A stretch of 63,681 nt of DNA, the filler included, from Folioceros fuciformis (lineage: Eukaryota), in NCBI GenBank assembly GCA_049999805.1. It is 9 parts of 9 records of this genome, joined end to end, with 100 filler letters (N's around TTAATTAATTAA, not from the genome) between each part and the next. Parts side by side here need not be neighbours in the genome. Positions count along the whole stretch, not along the records: positions 50,242 to 61,985 come from JBNGIO010000931.1; positions 62,086 to 63,681 come from JBNGIO010000932.1; 7 more parts are not named here. One strand, 5' to 3'. The notes beneath the pieces were generated by a model that ran no database searches, was not told where the DNA came from, and saw nothing but the letters and a program-made list of their open reading frames with translations. Every line of letters begins with the position of its first letter. The stretch's first letter is position 1. This document shows positions 59,249 through 63,681 of the stretch, piece after piece. The position numbers and the translations under genes were made by a program.

Positions 59249-60038
59249 GATGAGCAGCTCCGTTTCTTGGACGTGCAGATGGGCCAGGGGGCCTCTCCTT
59301 CATGAGTCCAGTCCGCCGGATGAGCCTGAACCTGGGAGGCATGCAGGGTCGGAAATGAGCGTCGTCACGCCTGGAAAAGTGAGCATGCTATGTCAACAGG
59401 GGAAGCTTTTGGAGGCCGTGGAAGCCCTGGAATGTCTGGCGCAGTCAGACTCGGTTGTTTCTCAGTCTCTGCTTTACACTGTGTTCAAAGTGTGTACAGC
59501 TAAAGAAGGATTTGGTTGTGGGGAGACGAGTGCATGATCTCATTGCCAAATTCGGGTATGGATAGGGTACATACTTGAAGAATCATGTCTTGCACTTGTA
59601 TGCAAGTGGAGGTAGGCTGCAGGAGGCCATGGATGTGTTCATCAGGATGGGCAAACCAAATGTCTTCATGTGGTTCACGGGAGGGAGCAGGGTGATGCTC
59701 ACGTCTTTGCAGCTGCCCTTCAAGCTTGTGCATTTGCCGCCGAGTTGGAATCTGGCAGAAAAGTGCACACTGATCTGGTGCAGAGTGCGTTCCTACTAAC
59801 TTATTTATTGGCACCTGCCTGGTGGACCTGAATGAAAAATGTTGCCGACTGTATGATGCACGACAGGTTTATGACAGCTTAGCCATCAAGAATGTGGTGA
59901 CATGGACCGCCCTGATCTCCGGGTATGCACAGCAAGTGTGCGGGCATGAGGCGCTTGCCGTGTATGGACAAATGGAGCAGGAGGGCCTGGTTTTGTCTAA
60001 CCATGCTACTTCTGGGTGCCTTCTGAAGGACTGTGCAA
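59249..60038 (+). pseudogene. PLS-class PPR pseudogene (5' fragment)
   Basis: LCQQGKLLEAVEAL, NHVLHLYASGGRLQEAMDVF and KNVVTWTALISGYAQ lie in different frames, with stops. Confidence 0.75.
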
Positions 60039-60349
60039 GATCTTTAGAGCGCCAAAACTCTTCCGCGACCCGCAGGGCTGACGAGTGCTGTCACCTCCAG
60101 ATTGTCGCCAAGAATGCTGCAGGGAAAATAGTGACGTGCAAAGAACAAGAGTTGCAGCCTACGAATGGCCTCAGGACAAGGCAACGCATGACTGTCACCT
60201 TTCCCACTGCGCAAAATGGTTCTATGGAGCTTCCAAACTTCCGAAATTCACGCCTCCCGCTCTTTAAACTTAGGGGACGAAGAAAACGACTTCGTAGATT
60301 GAGCAGCCATTGCGATGCTAGCTCCTGTTGTAAGGTGGAGGACATCAAA
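60039..60349 (-). pseudogene. Truncated duplicate of the oxidoreductase 5' end (UTR, exon 1, intron, start of exon 2)
   Basis: Aligns by eye to 57629-57978. Has a 13-nt deletion in the Rossmann beta-A strand and a TGG->TAG change in PWNH. Confidence 0.88.
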
Positions 60350-61120
60350 CAGCAAGACAACCTGTTGCAGCAACGCGACATCAGGCGCTCGCTGATCAGC
60401 CACTATGTTCCAGGGCCCGCTTCAGATTGATTAGAGTTTTCGGTTCATACCCGTGGAGCCGTAGAGAAGCACTTCAGACAGGTGTAACCATACAGTCTTT
60501 TTTGTGTACTTCAGTTCGTCTCGCGTGCACGTAAAGCATTCCATTCTTCGCTCTACGTGCCGCTTTCCAAACAAGGGTCTTTCATAGGCCTGAGTAGGTC
60601 CAAACGGTAAGAGCAGGGCAACAAAAGAGAAAACGTATCTACAATAAATCGAGTTTGTCCTGGAACTCTTCCCTCGTCTTCGGTTGCTTTGCCATTAGAT
60701 CTGGTTTTGTCTCCTAGTGGTCTTGGTGAAGGTGTTCTGAAGAATGTTTTTAAACAATGTTTGTTGTAAAAGGTGTTTAAATATTTAAGGATATAAAATA
60801 TGCTTAAAATCTTCACTATTTACTCAAGGTTTAGATCATCAAAAGAAAGAAGAGGACTAATGCCACTCCAGTGGCCTAGTCCTAGCCCAGTAAGCCTACG
60901 ACCTCTAGTTGATCCTCAAAAACAAGGAGGCCAAGGATCCCAGCAAGAAGACGTAACCTTCCCGCAGTGGAGGCGAGGCAGGCCATAAGCAGGGTACCCA
61001 CAAAACATGTCTATCAGTAACAAAAGCCAGACCCAGTTTATAGCGCACCTAACTACTAGTTTAGTCAAACTCGAGTAGATGTGATTAATCCTCCCCGCCA
61101 CCTGTCGTAAACCAAATTTA

Positions 61121-61355
61121 TTCGAACTAACCAGGTAAACCCCCTTGCTAACAAATCGTACCTGCCTGACAGCCAATACTATTCTTGACATGCTAGGCCC
61201 GATTGATTGTATAAGTACTAGTTACTGAACGGCAAACTTCGAACTAACAAGGTAAACCCCCTTGCTAACAAATCGTACTGGCTTGATAGCCAATACTATT
61301 CTTGACCTGCTAGGCCCCGATTGACTGTATAAGTACTTGTTACTGAACGGCAAAC
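61121..61355. repeat. 117-bp tandem duplication in an AT-rich, TE-like region
   Basis: TTCGAACTAAC...GTTACTGAACGGCAAAC at 61121 and 61238. Confidence 0.9.
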
Positions 61356-61985
61356 AAGATGCTGATTCAGATTCCAACATCCCAAGTTCCAATCTGGCCA
61401 CAGCTCAAGCATGCCAAACACTACAAAACTATACAAAAGGGGTTAAAACAATCAATACAAACTTTTTTATTCAAAACAAAATCCATGATGGTATTGCAAA
61501 ACAAAATCCATGATGGTATTGCAGCTCTATTCCCATGCTGCTGGTTAGTACTCTACCGACACATATATGCTTGCTTCAACACTAGCATGCAATGCTTAAT
61601 GTGTGTAATGTAGTATGATATGAATTTTCTTAACTAATAAACCATGCATGATTGCGATATTTAGCGACGACAACTATTAAGCATGATTGTGTGTTGTTGC
61701 TTAGGTGCATGTAAATAGTAATTAGTTAATACTTAATTTATATTAATATGCAATCTTAGCAGTAATTAATTTATATTTAGTTCAGATAATTATAAGATAA
61801 AATATAATATAAATTTAACTAGATAGACATGGCCATGTAGATGTGTAGATAACCACACATCTAGTTGTGTATCTATCCAATTGACTACTAGCTACAGCAC
61901 TTCTAGATACCAATAGATCGATGAAAAGGATCCTAACCATGAGAAGAGTATTGAAACCTTATTCAAATCCTTAGCTCCTTGATTT

Positions 61986-62085
61986 NNNNNNNNNNNNNNN
62001 NNNNNNNNNNNNNNNNNNNNNNNNNNNNNTTAATTAATTAANNNNNNNNNNNNNNNNNNNNNNNNNNNNNNNNNNNNNNNNNNNN
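61986..62085. other. Artificial assembly spacer
   Basis: N44-TTAATTAATTAA-N44. Confidence 0.98.
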
Positions 62086-62354
62086 ATCTTTAATTAATAT
62101 TAAACTAATCACCAGACCTAGACTCAAACTTCCCCAACCCTATGGCCTGGTACCGAACCTAAACCTTCCCAGGTCTGGGACCAAACCTATACTCACTCTT
62201 ATAACCAAACCAATTATTTCCTGGTCAATTAACTTAATTAGCACAAAGAAAAATAGGAAAAATGACCAGAAAATTAGGGAAAATTAGAGAAAATAAGTAG
62301 AAAAAGAAAACCAAACCATACCACTATTAACCCTTTTTCAACCAAAACAAACTA

Positions 62355-63101
62355 CTACCCCAAACTTTGGAGGTTCACATCTTTCTGTGCCCCTCTTCCA
62401 CGGAAAGCGATTAGAACTTTGTCAGCTTTGGATTTTCCAGACCCTGACATGAGCTTGCTCTGCTCTTCATGGAAGAGTGCACCTATCACCTCATTTAAGG
62501 TGATAGTGACTTGTCTCCCTGCAGCATCGGCAGCCATAGCCTATCGGATAGGGACATTATGTGCAGATACGAAACTTTGGCAACTGGGTGGTAGGCTGGT
62601 GAGTAGTTGACCCATCTCATCCATCACAGTGCCAAGAGAGGTAAGTTGGGCTCGAAGGTGTCTAAGTTTGCTTGTGTGAGCAAGAACTTTTTCTCCTTCT
62701 CGCATTTTCAGTCCATAAAACTCCATGCGTAATGCACAGAGTGTAAGGACATTACTAACCTTGTACTGGCTCTCTAATTGTGACCAGATCTCAATGGCCT
62801 TAGTTAGAAATTCTATAGGAGGAATGAGATCCTCAGATAGGCCAGAGATAAGAAGGGCTATGCCTATGCTGATTGCATGATCCCATCTATCCCTCTCTCC
62901 CTTAAGGGCACCGGGAGCAGGTTCAGGGATAGAACCATCTACAATGCCCCAGACTCCTCTAGCCAATAATGTCGACTTCATCCGCACTCTCCACACCTCA
63001 TATTTCTGGCCAATAAATCTGTCCTTCTCTTTTAACTTAGATGTAAAGACAGGATTGTATTTGCCAGGAGGGAGAGGTGGGGGAGGAGGAGTTGCATACA
63101 T
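62355..63101 (-). mobile_element. Ty1/copia gag (UBN2-type) remnant with internal stop, no pol following
   Basis: YEVWRVRMKSTLLARGVWGIVDG, EIWSQLESQY, LKMREGEKV..H, LLTSLPPS..SFV and TLNEVIGALFHEE. Confidence 0.85.
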
Positions 63102-63681
63102 GTTTACCCCTTTTTGTTTTTATGTTTTTGTGTCTATGCAAGATTTGCAGCTATAAAGAAGCAAACGTGCAGAGAGATGCAAAAACCAAGAGGTTACTCG
63201 AAATGAAACCTACTTGTCAGAACTATATTATGAAGAGGTGAATTATTAAACCCTAACTTTGATATGCCCTTGTACATGAATAGGAACCCTAACTGTCTTC
63301 TCCTGATTTTTCAGGGGGTGGAAGCAGGGTTGGGAGAAACATCCCGATAGCAGGTTGCACAAGAGAGATTAACATGACTGGAGGAATCACTGGATGTGTG
63401 TGTAAAAGTTCTTCGAATAGCAGTTCCAGACGCCCATTAATCTCTGTAGAGATTGAGTCAATTTTACTAATTGCCCTTGAATTTTGCGCTAGGAATTGCT
63501 AACATTGTATGGCCAAGACTTGTAATAGGGTATCCTCCAGATTGTTTATGCGCTCAACTAGGTAATTTTGATCATCATGTGTCTCTGGTATTTGTGGAGA
63601 ATCAATCTCCATAGTAACACCCAAGTTGACTCGCTAAGTAGCCAAATTGGATTGATTGTTGTGCCTATTCTATGTAGGTGG

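Overview
Gene-dense nuclear DNA from a land plant with short (~80-150 nt) GT-AG introns. Intron size, gene density and PLS-PPR debris suggest a bryophyte/lycophyte such as a hornwort; this is inference. Nine segments are joined by artificial 100-nt spacers (N44-TTAATTAATTAA-N44). Housekeeping and organelle genes: GUN4, a conserved small plant protein, a HAD-like hydrolase, an EML-like protein, a stand-alone subtilase I9 inhibitor, an EMB1006-like P-class PPR, a small HSP, pTAC13/NusG, a GT61-like glycosyltransferase, xylulose kinase (5' part), mitochondrial ATP synthase delta', mitochondrial Lon, an EamA-like transporter, REV7, two tandem steroleosins and MO25. Transposon content: a decayed Ty1/copia element (CCTTC target-site duplication, Met-type PBS, half-deleted 3' LTR) nested in a gypsy-like gag-protease, a PIF/Harbinger relic, further copia fragments and many short tandem arrays. 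The best leads are (i) an intron-containing fungal-type Gfo/Idh/MocA oxidoreductase (HGT candidate) with a nearby pseudogene copy, (ii) a satellite-flanked island encoding a stand-alone RPA70-C-like zinc/OB-fold gene, (iii) an unrecognised spliced gene with two copies of a novel ~45-aa repeat, (iv) a duplicated in-frame cassette exon in the sHSP, and (v) an optional 121-aa acidic insert in Lon via two in-frame splice donors. Family calls come from recalled motifs; no database searches were run.
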